Notes: generated by a model from the letters alone, not told the origin. Shown: positions 15,084 to 26,663, numbered from the stretch's first letter. The stretch: 52,776 nt of DNA from Dehalococcoidia bacterium (GCA_023228765.1 JALOAM010000002.1:1-52776); one strand, 5' to 3'. Numbers and translations: made by a program.

Positions 15084-16043
15084 ATGGCAATGACCGCGAC
15101 CCAGGAGGTGTACGTCGACGAGTCGAGCGTCGGCGAGAGCGCGTGGCGGCAGGTCTGGGGGCGGCTACGCCGCAAGAAGCTCGCGATGATCTCGCTGCTC
15201 ATCGTCGTCGCGATCTACCTCGGCGGGATCTTCGCGCCGCTGATCGCGCCCTATGGGTACAACACACAGGACCTCGACCGCGGCCTGGAGGGCCCCAGCG
15301 CCGACCACTGGCTCGGCACGGACCGCCTCGGACGGGACATGCTCAGCCGGACGCTCTACTCCGCACGGACCACCGTCGTCGTCACGACAGCGGTCGTGCT
15401 CTCCGGCTCGCTGTTCATCGGCACCACGCTCGGCCTCATCGCCGGCTACCGAGGTGGCTGGGTGGACAACCTGATCATGCGCGTCGGCGACATCTTCGCC
15501 GGCCTGCCCGCGATCATCATGCTCATCCTCATCAACGCCAGTCTCGGACGCCGGGTCGAGGACGCCGCGAGGTGGGTGGAGGACCACACCTTCCTCGACG
15601 GGCTCGTGTCGAGCGGGTTCCACTCGTACCTGCTGGTCTTCGGGGCCCTCTCGCTCTTCTTCTGGGTGGGCTCCGCCCGCGTGATCCGCGCCCAGGTCCT
15701 GCAACTTCGCGAGAACGACTTCATCCTCGCGGCGGAGTCCCTCGGTGGTTCGTCAGCGCGGGTGATCCGCTCCCACATCTTGCCGAACGTGTCGTTCCTC
15801 ATTGTCCTCGGCATCTCGGCGAGCCTCGGCGGGATCGCGGGGTCGGAGATCCTCCTGACGTGGTTCGGGGTCGGCGTGCAGAACGCTCCCTCCTTCGGCG
15901 GCATGATCTACGAGGGATCCGGTGCGCGGACCTTCCAGTCTCATCCGCACCTGCTCCTCGTCCCCGGCGCGGTGGTGACGGCGCTGTTGTTCGCGTTCAA
16001 CCTCTTCGGGGACGCGCTGAACGACGCGATGCGGGGGCGGTAG
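15084..16043 (+). CDS. ABC peptide transporter permease (DppC/OppC-like)
   Basis: N-terminal SAWRQVWGRLRRKKLAMISLLIV, HWLGTDRLGRDMLSR, and the EAA region DFILAAESLGGSSARVIRSHILPN. ATG at 15084 chosen inside a longer ORF. Confidence 0.9.
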   Translation: MAMTATQEVYVDESSVGESAWRQVWGRLRRKKLAMISLLIVVAIYLGGIFAPLIAPYGYNTQDLDRGLEGPSADHWLGTDRLGRDMLSRTLYSARTTVVVTTAVVLSGSLFIGTTLGLIAGYRGGWVDNLIMRVGDIFAGLPAIIMLILINASLGRRVEDAARWVEDHTFLDGLVSSGFHSYLLVFGALSLFFWVGSARVIRAQVLQLRENDFILAAESLGGSSARVIRSHILPNVSFLIVLGISASLGGIAGSEILLTWFGVGVQNAPSFGGMIYEGSGARTFQSHPHLLLVPGAVVTALLFAFNLFGDALNDAMRGR

Positions 16044-16182
16044 GCCCCGGGCGGATCCGCGGTCTTCCCGGCTCCCACCGCTCGAGGCGTCGCTCTCGTG
16101 AGGACACACCCCAGATGCGGCTGCTCGGGAGACGCTGTTACACTCCTTCGACGTATCGACAGCGCCTCGGGAGCTGCTAGAT

Positions 16183-16202
16183 CGCGCCGCTGAGTCGGCG
16201 CG
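16183..16202 (+). terminator. Weak hairpin after the permease operon
   Basis: CGCGCCG-ctgagt-CGGCGCG, a 7-bp stem 140 nt after the permease stop. No clear U-tract. Confidence 0.25.
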
Positions 16203-16240
16203 AGCGCTTCTGGGGCCCCATCTCTGACGAGGCTCCGTCT

Positions 16241-17734
16241 TTGGCAATCACCACCGAACGTCTCCCCGGCGCACGTGTCTCCATGCAGATCGAGGTCGAT
16301 CCCGACCTGGTCGAGAAGCACATGGAGAAGGCGGTCAACCGCATCTCCAAGCAGGTGAAGATCCCCGGCTTCCGGCCGGGGAAGGCCAACCGCAAGGTCA
16401 TCGAGCAGCGCTTCGGCAGCGCGGCGATCCTGCAGGAGGCGCTCGAGGAGCTGGTGCCGGAGGTCTACAACGAGGCCCTGGAGACCGAGCAGATCGACGC
16501 GATCGACCAGCCCGAGTTCGACCTGGAGTCGACCGAGCCGCTGGTGGTGAAGGCGATCGTGCCCGTGCGACCCGAGGTCGACCTGGGCGAGTACCAGGCG
16601 CTCCGCGTGCCTCGCGAAGAGGTCACCGTCACGCAGGAGCACATCGACGAGGCGATCGAGGCGATCCGGCGGCAGTTCGCCGTCCTCGAACCCGTCGAGC
16701 GCGCCGTCGAGTGGAACGACCACATCCGCGCTGACGTGAAGGTGGAGGTCCAGGACCACGCCGACGTGCACGAGGAGGAGGACGCCGAGTTCCCCGTGCG
16801 CGAGGGCCAGGTGGTCTCGCTCCCCGGCTTCGTCGAGCGTCTCGTGGGCCTCGAGGTCGGCGAGCACACGATCGAGTTCGACCTGGACACGGAGATCCCG
16901 AGCGAGGAGCTCGCCGGGAAGCACGTGGTCTACACCGTCAACCTGAAGGAAGTGAAGCGGGAGATCCTCCCGGACCTGGACGACGAGTTCGTCGCCTCCC
17001 TCGATGAGGAGGGTGTCGAGACCGTCGACCAGCTCATCGAGCGGGTCACGTCCGACCTGAAGACGCAGTTCGAGCGCCAGACGGAAGAGACGTACCACAA
17101 CGAGGTCATCGACCTCCTGATCGCCCGCGCTGAGATCGACTACCCCGAGGTCCTGGTGAACCGCGAGGTCGATCGCGAGATCGACCGCCAGTCGAACCAC
17201 GCCTCCCACACGCCGGAGGGCCTGCAGAACTGGCTCAACGCCATCGGCCGGTCCGAGGACGAAGTCCGCGATGAGCTGCGCGAGTCCGCCGACCTGACGG
17301 TGCGTCGCGCCCTCGTGCTGGGCGAGCTCATCGACGCTGAGTCGATCGAGGTCACGGCCGAGGACATCGACGCCGAGATCGACAGCCTCGTGGGCCAGAT
17401 GGGCGTGCCCGGGCAGGGCGCGAACCTCGACGCGATCCGCAACCTGTTCGACACCCCGGATGGGCGCACCTCGATCCAGAACCAGCTCCTCACCCGCAAG
17501 GCGGTCGAGCGCATCGCCGAGATCGCGGCGCAGGAGGGCGACGAGGAGGCCTCGGACGCTCCGCGCGCCAGCCGGCGGCGCCGTCGTGGCGCCACCGCGG
17601 ATGCGGCGGCGGACGCGGCCTCCGAGGGCGACGAGTTGACCGAGGAGGGCACGGCAGCAGCCGAGGCCGCGTCCGAGGCGGACACCCAGCCCGCGACCGA
17701 GGAGCCGGCGGCCGAGGAGCAGACGGACGCGTAG
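16241..17734 (+). CDS. tig: Trigger factor (acidic C-terminal extension)
   Basis: KIPGFRPGKANRKVIEQRFG ribosome-binding signature. Lies upstream of clpP-clpX. TTG start. Confidence 0.9.
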   Translation: MAITTERLPGARVSMQIEVDPDLVEKHMEKAVNRISKQVKIPGFRPGKANRKVIEQRFGSAAILQEALEELVPEVYNEALETEQIDAIDQPEFDLESTEPLVVKAIVPVRPEVDLGEYQALRVPREEVTVTQEHIDEAIEAIRRQFAVLEPVERAVEWNDHIRADVKVEVQDHADVHEEEDAEFPVREGQVVSLPGFVERLVGLEVGEHTIEFDLDTEIPSEELAGKHVVYTVNLKEVKREILPDLDDEFVASLDEEGVETVDQLIERVTSDLKTQFERQTEETYHNEVIDLLIARAEIDYPEVLVNREVDREIDRQSNHASHTPEGLQNWLNAIGRSEDEVRDELRESADLTVRRALVLGELIDAESIEVTAEDIDAEIDSLVGQMGVPGQGANLDAIRNLFDTPDGRTSIQNQLLTRKAVERIAEIAAQEGDEEASDAPRASRRRRRGATADAAADAASEGDELTEEGTAAAEAASEADTQPATEEPAAEEQTDA

Positions 17735-17922
17735 GTTCCGTCAGACTCACGATCAGCAAGCAAGACGACAACGTCCGGTTCACCTCTGTGAGGCCGGGAC
17801 GAGGGAGACTGGTCGTCAGGGAAAACCCTGAACCGGCCACGGTGATGATCGGCCGCTTCGCGGTACGATCAGTGCAGCAGAACCCGGCCGGCGTCACCCG
17901 GCCGTAAGCGAAGAGGGAACCG

Positions 17923-18564
17923 ATGACCTACCGAGCACCGCGGCCACAGGACTTCTCCGAGGGCTTCCTTAAGCCGGAGAACATTGTGCCGATGGTTGTA
18001 GAGACGACGGCGCGCGGCGAGCGTGCCTACGACATCTACTCGCTCCTCCTCAAGGAAAGGATCGTCTTCCTCGGCACGGGGATCGACGACCAGGTCGCGA
18101 ACTCGATCGTGGCGCAGCTCCTCTTCCTCGACCGCGAGGACCCGGAGCGCGACATCTCGATCTACGTGAACTCCCCTGGCGGCATGATCTACGCGGGGCT
18201 GGCGATTTTCGACACGATGAACCTGATCCGGGCGGACGTCAGCACGATCGCTGTGGGCGTCACCGCCTCGATGGGTACGGTGCTGCTCTCGGCCGGCGAG
18301 AAGGGCAAGCGCTTCGCGCTGCCGAACGCCACGATCCACATGCACCAGGCGCTGGGCGGTGGTTCCGGCCAGGCCTCCGACGTGGAGATCGCGGCCCGCG
18401 AGCTGCTCCGCAACAACGAGAAGATCCGCAAGATCCTCTCCGACGCGACCGGCCAGACCATGGACCGCATCAAGCACGACACCGACCGCGACGTCTACAT
18501 GACCGCGGAAGAGGCAAAGGAGTACGGTCTCGTCGACGAACTCCTGGCGAAGCCCGAGAAGTAA
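17923..18564 (+). CDS. clpP: ATP-dependent Clp protease proteolytic subunit
   Basis: [36 protein letters not shown] (catalytic Ser), IHMHQ. Confidence 0.95.
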   Translation: MTYRAPRPQDFSEGFLKPENIVPMVVETTARGERAYDIYSLLLKERIVFLGTGIDDQVANSIVAQLLFLDREDPERDISIYVNSPGGMIYAGLAIFDTMNLIRADVSTIAVGVTASMGTVLLSAGEKGKRFALPNATIHMHQALGGGSGQASDVEIAARELLRNNEKIRKILSDATGQTMDRIKHDTDRDVYMTAEEAKEYGLVDELLAKPEK

Positions 18565-18580
18565 CTGGACTGAGGCGCGC

Positions 18581-18597
18581 GGCGCCGATGCGGCGCC
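18581..18597 (+). terminator. Short GC hairpin after clpP (attenuator/terminator candidate)
   Basis: GGCGCCG-atg-CGGCGCC, a 7-bp stem 17 nt after the clpP stop. No U-tract. Confidence 0.3.
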
Positions 18598-18630
18598 AAT
18601 AGCCAGTGCAGGGCCAATAGCCAGTGCGGG
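18595..18630 (+). repeat. Tandem direct repeat, 2 x 18 nt (GCCAATAGCCAGTGC[A/G]GG)
   Basis: Units 18595-18612 and 18613-18630 match at 17 of 18 positions. Located in the clpP-clpX spacer. Confidence 0.85.
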
Positions 18631-18650
18631 GCTAGAGCAGAGGAAGCGAC

Positions 18651-19976
<1,326 letters not shown>

Positions 19977-20057
19977 CACTGGCGGACGCCTCGCCTTGCC
20001 CATGCCGCGTGTATCCTCGACGCTCATCCCTGAGCGATCGAACATAACGACACGCGC

Positions 20058-20837
20058 ATGAACCAGACCACTACCAGCACCCCGAAGAAGAAGGCCCCGC
20101 GCCAGCGGCTCGACCAGGCGATGGTGGAGCGCGGCCTCGCGTCCGGGCGCGACCGCGCCCGCGCGCTCGTCATGGCGCGCGAGGTGCTCGTCGACGGGCA
20201 GGTGGCGCACCGGCCCGCGGCCCCGGTCGCCGAGGATGCGGTGATCGAGGTGAAGACGCCGCCGCGGTTCGTGAGCCGGGGCGGGGAGAAGCTCGCGCAC
20301 GCCCTCGAACGCTCCGGGATCGACCCGACCGGCCTGCGCTGCCTCGATGTGGGCGCGTCCACCGGAGGCTTCACGGACTGCCTCCTCCAGGCCGGCGCGC
20401 GCGAGGTGGTTGCGGTGGACGTGGCCTACGGGGAGATCGCCCAGAAGCTGCGCGACGACCCGCGCGTCGAGGTCCGCGAGCGCATCAACGCGCGCGACCT
20501 CGAACCCATCGACCCGCCCGCCGACCTGCTGGTGATGGACGTCTCGTTCATCTCGGCCGCTACCGTGCTCGCGGCCGTGACGCCCTCCGTGCGTCCGGGC
20601 GGCGAGATGCTGGTGCTGGTCAAGCCGCAGTTCGAGGCGGGCCGGGAGCAGGTGGAGAAGGGTGGCGTCGTGCGTGACCCGGTGGTGCATGCCTCCTGCA
20701 TCGCAAAGGTCGCCCTCGCCGCGATGGACCGGGGGCTGCGCGTCCGCGGCGTGATCCGGTCGCCCCTCCTCGGACCCGCCGGCAACCGCGAGTTCTTCCT
20801 CCGTCTCTACCGCCCCGCCGAGGGGGGGAGCGCCTGA
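20058..20837 (+). CDS. tlyA: TlyA family rRNA (cytidine-2'-O)-methyltransferase
   Basis: S4-like N-terminus RLDQAMVERGLASGRDRA, FVSRGGEKL, and the SAM motif LDVGASTGGFTDCLLQ. Followed by nadK. Confidence 0.85.
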   Translation: MNQTTTSTPKKKAPRQRLDQAMVERGLASGRDRARALVMAREVLVDGQVAHRPAAPVAEDAVIEVKTPPRFVSRGGEKLAHALERSGIDPTGLRCLDVGASTGGFTDCLLQAGAREVVAVDVAYGEIAQKLRDDPRVEVRERINARDLEPIDPPADLLVMDVSFISAATVLAAVTPSVRPGGEMLVLVKPQFEAGREQVEKGGVVRDPVVHASCIAKVALAAMDRGLRVRGVIRSPLLGPAGNREFFLRLYRPAEGGSA

Positions 20838-21742
20838 TGGGCCAGTTCCAGCCCTCGGACGCCGTCGCCGTCCTCTACCACCCCGCCGTCCGAGGCGCTG
20901 AAGAGGTCGCGGCCACCCTCGGGCGGCAGGCCACCGACCGCGGGCTCTACGCCTGCGTCGAGACCCTGCCGGAGCTGGCCGACGAGCTGCCTGAGTCACT
21001 GAAGGACGTCGGCCTCTTCGTCTGCGTCGGCGGCGACGGCACCGTCCTCCACGCCTCCTCGTTCGCGGCACGCGCTGGTATCCCCGTCTTCGGCGTGCGG
21101 ATGGGCCGCCTCGGGTTCCTCACTGAGTCCACCCAGGAGCGTGCGGCGGACGACTTCGTGCGTGTCCTGGACGGCAACGCCCGGCTGGAGGAGCGCGCGC
21201 TGGTGCAGGCACGTGTCGGCGAATCCGGCGAGGCGCTCCACGCGCTGAACGATGTCGTGATCGGTCGTGCCACCCTCGGCCGCACCGTCTCGGTCGTAGC
21301 GCAGGTCGACAGCGTCACGCTCGCCGAGTACCGCGCGGACGCCCTCGTCATCTCGACGGCAACGGGCTCCACGGGCTACGCGCTCTCCGTGGGTGGGCCG
21401 ATCCTCCACCCGGAGTCGAAGGAGATGGTCCTCGTCCCCGTCGCCCCCCACCTCACCAGGGCGAACGCCCTCGTGCTCCCCTCCACGACGACGCTCCGCC
21501 TCACGGTGCAACGCTCCTTCGAGGCGATGATGAGCGTGGATGGCGTCCACCACCGACAACTGGAGTCCGGGACCGTCGTCGAGATCACGCGGTCGCCTCG
21601 GACGGTCTCGTTCGTCCGCCTCGGCGGCGAGCACGAGTTCTACAACAGCCTCGCGAGCCGCCTCGGCTGGCTGCGCGCCGACCACGTCATCGACGAGATG
21701 GGTTCCCACCTCGACGGGGCGTCGGACACGACCGAGGGTTAG
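20837..21742 (+). CDS. nadK: NAD(+) kinase
   Basis: GGDGTVL motif, NDVVI, STATGSTGYALSVGGPILHP. The ATG overlaps the tlyA stop (TGATG). Confidence 0.9.
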   Translation: MGQFQPSDAVAVLYHPAVRGAEEVAATLGRQATDRGLYACVETLPELADELPESLKDVGLFVCVGGDGTVLHASSFAARAGIPVFGVRMGRLGFLTESTQERAADDFVRVLDGNARLEERALVQARVGESGEALHALNDVVIGRATLGRTVSVVAQVDSVTLAEYRADALVISTATGSTGYALSVGGPILHPESKEMVLVPVAPHLTRANALVLPSTTTLRLTVQRSFEAMMSVDGVHHRQLESGTVVEITRSPRTVSFVRLGGEHEFYNSLASRLGWLRADHVIDEMGSHLDGASDTTEG

Positions 21743-21784
21743 TCCGGCGACGGTGCTGCGCGTGGGTGAGAGGCGAGGTTGCGA

Positions 21785-21952
21785 ATGACCAACGAGCAGC
21801 CCGGAGATGGCGGGACGAAGGCGCCGACGGGTGTCGGGGTGGGTGTCGGTATCGCAGTCGGCGTCGCCCTCGGTGCGGCATTCGACAATGTCGCGATGGG
21901 GATGGTGATCGGAGTGGCGCTGGGGGCGCTGTTCGACTGGCAGAACCGCTAG
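21785..21952 (+). CDS. Possible 55-aa glycine-zipper membrane peptide
   Basis: My own translation: MTNEQPGDGGTKAPTGVGVGVGIAVGVALGAAFDNVAMGMVIGVALGALFDWQNR. GAGG lies about 8 nt upstream. It is too short to appear in the ORF track, and the competing 85-aa ORF is Arg-rich. Confidence 0.35.
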   Translation: MTNEQPGDGGTKAPTGVGVGVGIAVGVALGAAFDNVAMGMVIGVALGALFDWQNR

Positions 21953-22015
21953 CAGTGCGGCAGGGGCTGTCGCCCGTCATGCACCATCCTCGTGGGGTTC
22001 GTATGCTGATCACCT

Positions 22016-22549
22016 ATGGCTGACACCTCGACCCCCACGGGTGCGAGCATTCGCGTGGAGCGGGCCACCGTCCGGGACGGGGAGGGCATCGCGCGGCTCG
22101 TCAACTACTGGGCGGCGCAGGGGCAGATGTTGCCCCGGACCGTTGGGGAGACGTACGAGAACCTGCGCGACTTCTTCGTCGTCCGCGACGCCGAGGACGG
22201 CCACGTGCTGGGGTGCGCGGCGCTGCACATCACCTGGTCTGACCTCGCCGAGCTGAAGTCGCTGGCGGTGGAGGAGTCCACGCACTCGCGAGGCCTCGGC
22301 GCCGCCCTGGTGCGGGCATGCGTGGAGGAGGGGCGGGCGCTGGGCCTGACCCGCATCTTCGCGCTGACCTACCGGCCGGGCTTCTTCGAGCAGCTCGGAT
22401 GGGATCAGGCGGAGGTGATGAACCTCCCCCGCAAGGTCTGGAACGAATGCTATCGCTGCCCCAAGTTCCCGGGCTGCGACGAGATCGCCATGGTGCTCGA
22501 CCTCGTACCCGCCGAGGCTCCTGCCGTTCCCGCCGAGGTTGGCGCGTGA
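22016..22549 (+). CDS. GNAT family N-acetyltransferase (amino-acid acetyltransferase-like)
   Basis: LAELKSLAVEESTHSRGLGAALVRACVEEGRALG matches the acetyl-CoA binding motif. The C-terminal CYRCPKFPGC is as seen in ArgA-like small GNATs. Confidence 0.8.
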   Translation: MADTSTPTGASIRVERATVRDGEGIARLVNYWAAQGQMLPRTVGETYENLRDFFVVRDAEDGHVLGCAALHITWSDLAELKSLAVEESTHSRGLGAALVRACVEEGRALGLTRIFALTYRPGFFEQLGWDQAEVMNLPRKVWNECYRCPKFPGCDEIAMVLDLVPAEAPAVPAEVGA

Positions 22550-23100
22550 CGGGCGAGCTGCCCTCGCTGGTCGGTTCGGAGCCGCTCGGCGCGGCGGGAT
22601 ACCTGACCTTCCGACGCGACACGATCCGCTTCCCGGACGGGCACGAGGCAGAGCGTGCGATCGTCGGGCACCCCGGGGCGGTCGCCATCATCGCCGTCGA
22701 CGGGGACGGGAAGTGGCTCCTGGTGCGGCAGTACCGCCACGCCGCGCGGCGCGAGCTGCTAGAGATCCCCGCGGGGACGCGAGACGAGGGTGAGGCGCCG
22801 GAGGCGACCGCCGCCCGCGAGGTGCGCGAGGAGATCGGCTACGCCGCGGGCAACCTCGTGCGGGTCGGTGGTTCCTACATGGTCCCGGGGTGGGGCGAGG
22901 AGTACATCGACTTCTTCCTCGCCACGGAGCTGGAAGCCTCACCGCTGCCGCAGGACGACGACGAGTACCTCTCAGACCCGATCCGCCTGACGCTGGACGA
23001 GGTCTATGCGGCGGTGGACTCCGGCGAGATCGAGGACGCGAAGACCGTTGCGGCGCTCGCCTTCTACCAGCGTCACCTCGCGCGAGCCGCGAAGGCGTAG
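22546..23100 (+). CDS. NUDIX hydrolase (ADP-ribose pyrophosphatase-like)
   Basis: Nudix box in GTRDEGEAPEATAAREVREEIGY. The GTG start overlaps the GNAT stop (GTGA). Confidence 0.8.
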   Translation: MTGELPSLVGSEPLGAAGYLTFRRDTIRFPDGHEAERAIVGHPGAVAIIAVDGDGKWLLVRQYRHAARRELLEIPAGTRDEGEAPEATAAREVREEIGYAAGNLVRVGGSYMVPGWGEEYIDFFLATELEASPLPQDDDEYLSDPIRLTLDEVYAAVDSGEIEDAKTVAALAFYQRHLARAAKA

Positions 23101-23108
23101 TTGGCTCA

Positions 23109-23855
23109 ATGCCCGACTCGATCCCGTTGCTGAAGGCGTGCCTGAACGGCGCGCGTGTCGCCGGCGGGGTCGTCGGCCTTCCCGTGACGCCCTCGGAGGT
23201 CGCGCTCGATGCCATCGCCGTCCGCGAGGCTGGAGCCGGTGCGGTGCACGTGCACCCGCGTGACGCCGAGGGCCGTGAGCGGCTCGACGCCGCGACGATT
23301 GGTGCGACGGTCTCGGCCGTCCGCGCTGCCGCGCCGGGCCTCCCGGTCGGTGTGAGCACCGGTGACTGGATCGAGCCTGACCCTCGAGTGCGGTTGGACC
23401 TCATCCGGTCCTGGACGGTGCGCCCCGACTTCGCGTCCGTGAACCTTCACGAGGATGGCGCGGTCGCCGTCGCCGAGCTCCTCATCGAGCGCGGGGTCGG
23501 GGTGGAGGCCGGGATCTGGACCGCGGACGCTGCGGAGACTTTCGTGGGCAGCTCCATTGCCCCTCGCTGCCTGCGCATCCTCATCGAGCCGAGGCCGACC
23601 GACCCCGCCGAGGCCCTCCGTACGGCCGAGGAGATCGCCGTCGTGCTCGATCGGGCACACCACCCGGCACCGCGGCTCCTTCACGGGACGCGGGAGGCGA
23701 CCTGGGGTGTGCTGCGCGCGGCCCTCGGCGCCGGGCTCGACCTGCGGATTGGTCTCGAAGACACGACGATGCTGCCGGATGGGAGCGAGGCGCGATCGAA
23801 TGCCGAACTCGTGAGGGCGGCGGCGCGCCTCATCGAGGCCGCGCGCGGACGGTAG
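23109..23855 (+). CDS. 3-keto-5-aminohexanoate cleavage enzyme family (BKACE/DUF849) protein
   Basis: LKACLNGAR...PVTPSEVALDAIAVREAGAGAVHVHPRDAEG, typical of the BKACE TIM barrel. Starts 8 nt after the NUDIX stop. Confidence 0.7.
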   Translation: MPDSIPLLKACLNGARVAGGVVGLPVTPSEVALDAIAVREAGAGAVHVHPRDAEGRERLDAATIGATVSAVRAAAPGLPVGVSTGDWIEPDPRVRLDLIRSWTVRPDFASVNLHEDGAVAVAELLIERGVGVEAGIWTADAAETFVGSSIAPRCLRILIEPRPTDPAEALRTAEEIAVVLDRAHHPAPRLLHGTREATWGVLRAALGAGLDLRIGLEDTTMLPDGSEARSNAELVRAAARLIEAARGR

Positions 23856-23963
23856 TCGTCCACTCGCGGCAAGTCGAGCACAGCGGTAGGGTACGCATGA
23901 GCGTCGCCCACCTTCGCCGGGGATTGCGAAGGGTTCGGACGGGCGCCCGGAGGTGTCACTCTC

Positions 23964-24719
23964 ATGGTGCAGGCACGACCGCAGTCCACCGTGGAGGCGG
24001 CGGTCAGGCCGATCCGGAAGCGACCGAGGCCGCTCCCATGGCCGTTGAGCCTCTATCAGGCGTACGTCGGCAAGAAGTGGGTCATGGCGATCACCGGGGT
24101 GATCGGCCTCGTCTTCATCGCCGGGCACATGTTCGGCAACCTGAAGCTGTACATGGGCGCCGAGGAGATCAACCACTACGCGGAGGGCTTGCGCACCGTC
24201 GCCTACCCGCTGGTGCCGGAGAAGTTCCTCCTCTGGGTCATGCGGGTGGGCCTGATCGTGGCATTCGTGCTGCACGTCCACGCCGCGTACTCGATCTGGA
24301 GCCACAACCGGAAGGCGCGGCCCACGTCCTACGCCTCGAAGCGTGACTACATCGCGGCGGACTGGGCGTCCCGCACGATGCTGTGGACCGGCCCGATCAT
24401 CCTGCTGTTCATCGGCTTCCACCTGGCCGACCTGACGTGGGGCGTGAACGCGGTCAACCCGGACTTCGTGCACGGTGAGGTCTACGACAATGTTGTCTTC
24501 TCGCTGTCGCGCTGGCCGGTCGCCACGATCTACGTGGTCGCCAACCTCGCGCTGGGGATCCACATCTACCACGGCGCGTGGAGCCTGTTTCAGTCGCTCG
24601 GCGTGAACAACCCGCAGATCAACCAGGGCCGGCGCATCTTCGCGGCCCTGTTCGCCCTCGCGATCGTCGCGGGGAACATCTCGTTCCCGCTCGCCGTCAT
24701 GTTGGGCATCGTCGAGTAG
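23964..24719 (+). CDS. sdhC: Succinate dehydrogenase cytochrome b subunit (b558 type, 5 TM)
   Basis: Five hydrophobic helices with conserved His residues (IAGHMFGNL, VLHVHAAY, FHLADL, GIHIYHG). Directly upstream of sdhA and sdhB. Confidence 0.85.
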   Translation: MVQARPQSTVEAAVRPIRKRPRPLPWPLSLYQAYVGKKWVMAITGVIGLVFIAGHMFGNLKLYMGAEEINHYAEGLRTVAYPLVPEKFLLWVMRVGLIVAFVLHVHAAYSIWSHNRKARPTSYASKRDYIAADWASRTMLWTGPIILLFIGFHLADLTWGVNAVNPDFVHGEVYDNVVFSLSRWPVATIYVVANLALGIHIYHGAWSLFQSLGVNNPQINQGRRIFAALFALAIVAGNISFPLAVMLGIVE

Positions 24720-24743
24720 GCATCGGGAGAGAGGGCGGCGACC

Positions 24744-26663
24744 ATGGTGACACTCGACTCGAACATCCCCGAGGGCCCGGTCGACGAGAAGTGGGCCAAC
24801 CACCAGTTCCACATGCGGCTGGTGAACCCCGCGAACAAGCGGCGTTTCACCGTCATCGTCGTCGGCACGGGCCTCGCCGGGGCATCGGCGGCAGCCACGC
24901 TCGCGGAGCTCGGCTACAACGTGAAGGCGTTCACCTTCCACGACTCGCCGAGGCGCGCGCACTCGATCGCCGCGCAGGGTGGTATCAACGCCGCGAAGAA
25001 CTACCAGAACGACGGCGACTCCGCCCAGCGGCTGTTCTACGACACCGTGAAGGGCGGCGACTTCCGCTCCCGCGAGGCGAACGTGTACCGCCTGGCGCAG
25101 CTCAGCGTGAACATCATCGACCAGTGCGTCGCACAGGGTGTCCCGTTCGCCCGCGAGTACTCCGGCCTGCTGGAGAACCGCTCCTTCGGCGGCGTGCAGG
25201 TCTCGAGGACGTTCTACGCCCGAGGTCAGACCGGGCAGCAGTTGCTCCTCGGCGCGTACTCCGCGCTGATGCGACAGGTCGCGCTGGGCGCGGTGGAACT
25301 CCACCCGCGCACGGAGATGCTGGACCTGGTGGTGGAGGACGGCCGCGCCGTCGGCATCATCACGCGCGACCTGATCACGGGTGAGGTCGCCTCGCACGCC
25401 GGTCACGCCGTGATCCTGGCGACCGGCGGGTACGGGAACGTCTACTACCTGTCGACGAACGCGAAGAAGAGCAACACGACCGCGATCTGGCGCGCGCATA
25501 AGCGCGGCGCGCTGTTCGCCAACCCCTGCTATACGCAGATCCACCCGACCTGCATCCCCGCCGGGGACGAGTTCCAGTCCAAGCTCACCCTGATGTCCGA
25601 GTCGCTCCGCAACGACGGCCGCATCTGGGTGCCGAAGGATCAGAACGACACGCGCCCTGCGCACCAGATCCCCGAGGAGGACCGCGACTACTACCTCGAG
25701 CGGCGCTATCCCTCATACGGGAACCTCGTGCCGCGTGACGTCGCGTCGCGCGCCGCGAAGCGCGAGGTGGACGAGGGTCGCGGGGTGGGGCCGAAGAAGA
25801 ACGGCGTCTACCTGGACTTCACGGACGCCATCAACCGCCTGGGTCGCGACGTCATCGAGGAGCGCTACGGCAACCTCTTCGAGATGTACGAGCGCATCAC
25901 GGGCGACGACCCGTACGAGATGCCGATGCGCATCTACCCCGCCATCCACTACACGATGGGTGGCCTGTGGGTGGACTACAATCTGCAGAGCAACATCGCC
26001 GGCCTGTTCGTGGGCGGCGAGGCGAACTTCTCCGACCACGGCGCGAACCGCCTGGGCGCCTCCGCGCTCATGCAGGGCCTCGCGGACGGCTACTTCGTGC
26101 TCCCGGCCACCGTCGGCGACTACCTCGCCGGGCAGCTCGGGAAGCCGCTGACCTCGACCGACAGCGAGTGCTTCCAGTCTGCGCGCGCGAGCGTGGAGGA
26201 GCAGACGCGCCGGTTCCTCGCCATCGGCGGGACGCGGTCGCCGGACGACTTCCACCGCGAGCTGGGCAAGATCGTGTGGGACCACATCGGCATGGAGCGC
26301 GATGCCGCGGGCCTCGAGCATGCCATCTCCGAGATCCGCGCCCTGCGCGAGGAGTACTACCGCGACCTCCGCGTGCTGGGGACCGGCGACACGCTGAACG
26401 ACTCGCTGGAGAAGGCCTTCCGCGTGGCGGACTTCTTCGAACTCGCGGAGTTGATGGCGCGTGACGCCCTCCACCGGGAGGAGTCCTGCGGCGGCCACTT
26501 CCGCGTGGAGCACCAGACCCCGGACGGCGAGGCCGCCCGTGACGACGAGCACTTCTCCTACGTGGGTGCGTGGGAGTGGAACGGCCCGGACGCGCCTCAG
26601 ACGCTCCACAAGGAGGAGCTGACCTTCGAGAACGTCCACCTCGCGACGAGGAGCTACGCCTGA
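24744..26663 (+). CDS. sdhA: Succinate dehydrogenase / fumarate reductase flavoprotein subunit
   Basis: [15 protein letters not shown] fold, the covalent-FAD His region [42 protein letters not shown]. Confidence 0.95.
   Translation: MVTLDSNIPEGPVDEKWANHQFHMRLVNPANKRRFTVIVVGTGLAGASAAATLAELGYNVKAFTFHDSPRRAHSIAAQGGINAAKNYQNDGDSAQRLFYDTVKGGDFRSREANVYRLAQLSVNIIDQCVAQGVPFAREYSGLLENRSFGGVQVSRTFYARGQTGQQLLLGAYSALMRQVALGAVELHPRTEMLDLVVEDGRAVGIITRDLITGEVASHAGHAVILATGGYGNVYYLSTNAKKSNTTAIWRAHKRGALFANPCYTQIHPTCIPAGDEFQSKLTLMSESLRNDGRIWVPKDQNDTRPAHQIPEEDRDYYLERRYPSYGNLVPRDVASRAAKREVDEGRGVGPKKNGVYLDFTDAINRLGRDVIEERYGNLFEMYERITGDDPYEMPMRIYPAIHYTMGGLWVDYNLQSNIAGLFVGGEANFSDHGANRLGASALMQGLADGYFVLPATVGDYLAGQLGKPLTSTDSECFQSARASVEEQTRRFLAIGGTRSPDDFHRELGKIVWDHIGMERDAAGLEHAISEIRALREEYYRDLRVLGTGDTLNDSLEKAFRVADFFELAELMARDALHREESCGGHFRVEHQTPDGEAARDDEHFSYVGAWEWNGPDAPQTLHKEELTFENVHLATRSYA

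Noticed and set aside
21766-22023. An 85-aa ORF in the nadK-GNAT spacer.
   Set aside because: It has an Arg/Gly-rich composition with no motif. The overlapping 55-aa glycine-zipper frame (21785-21952) has an SD and a membrane-peptide-like sequence, so I list that one instead, at low confidence.
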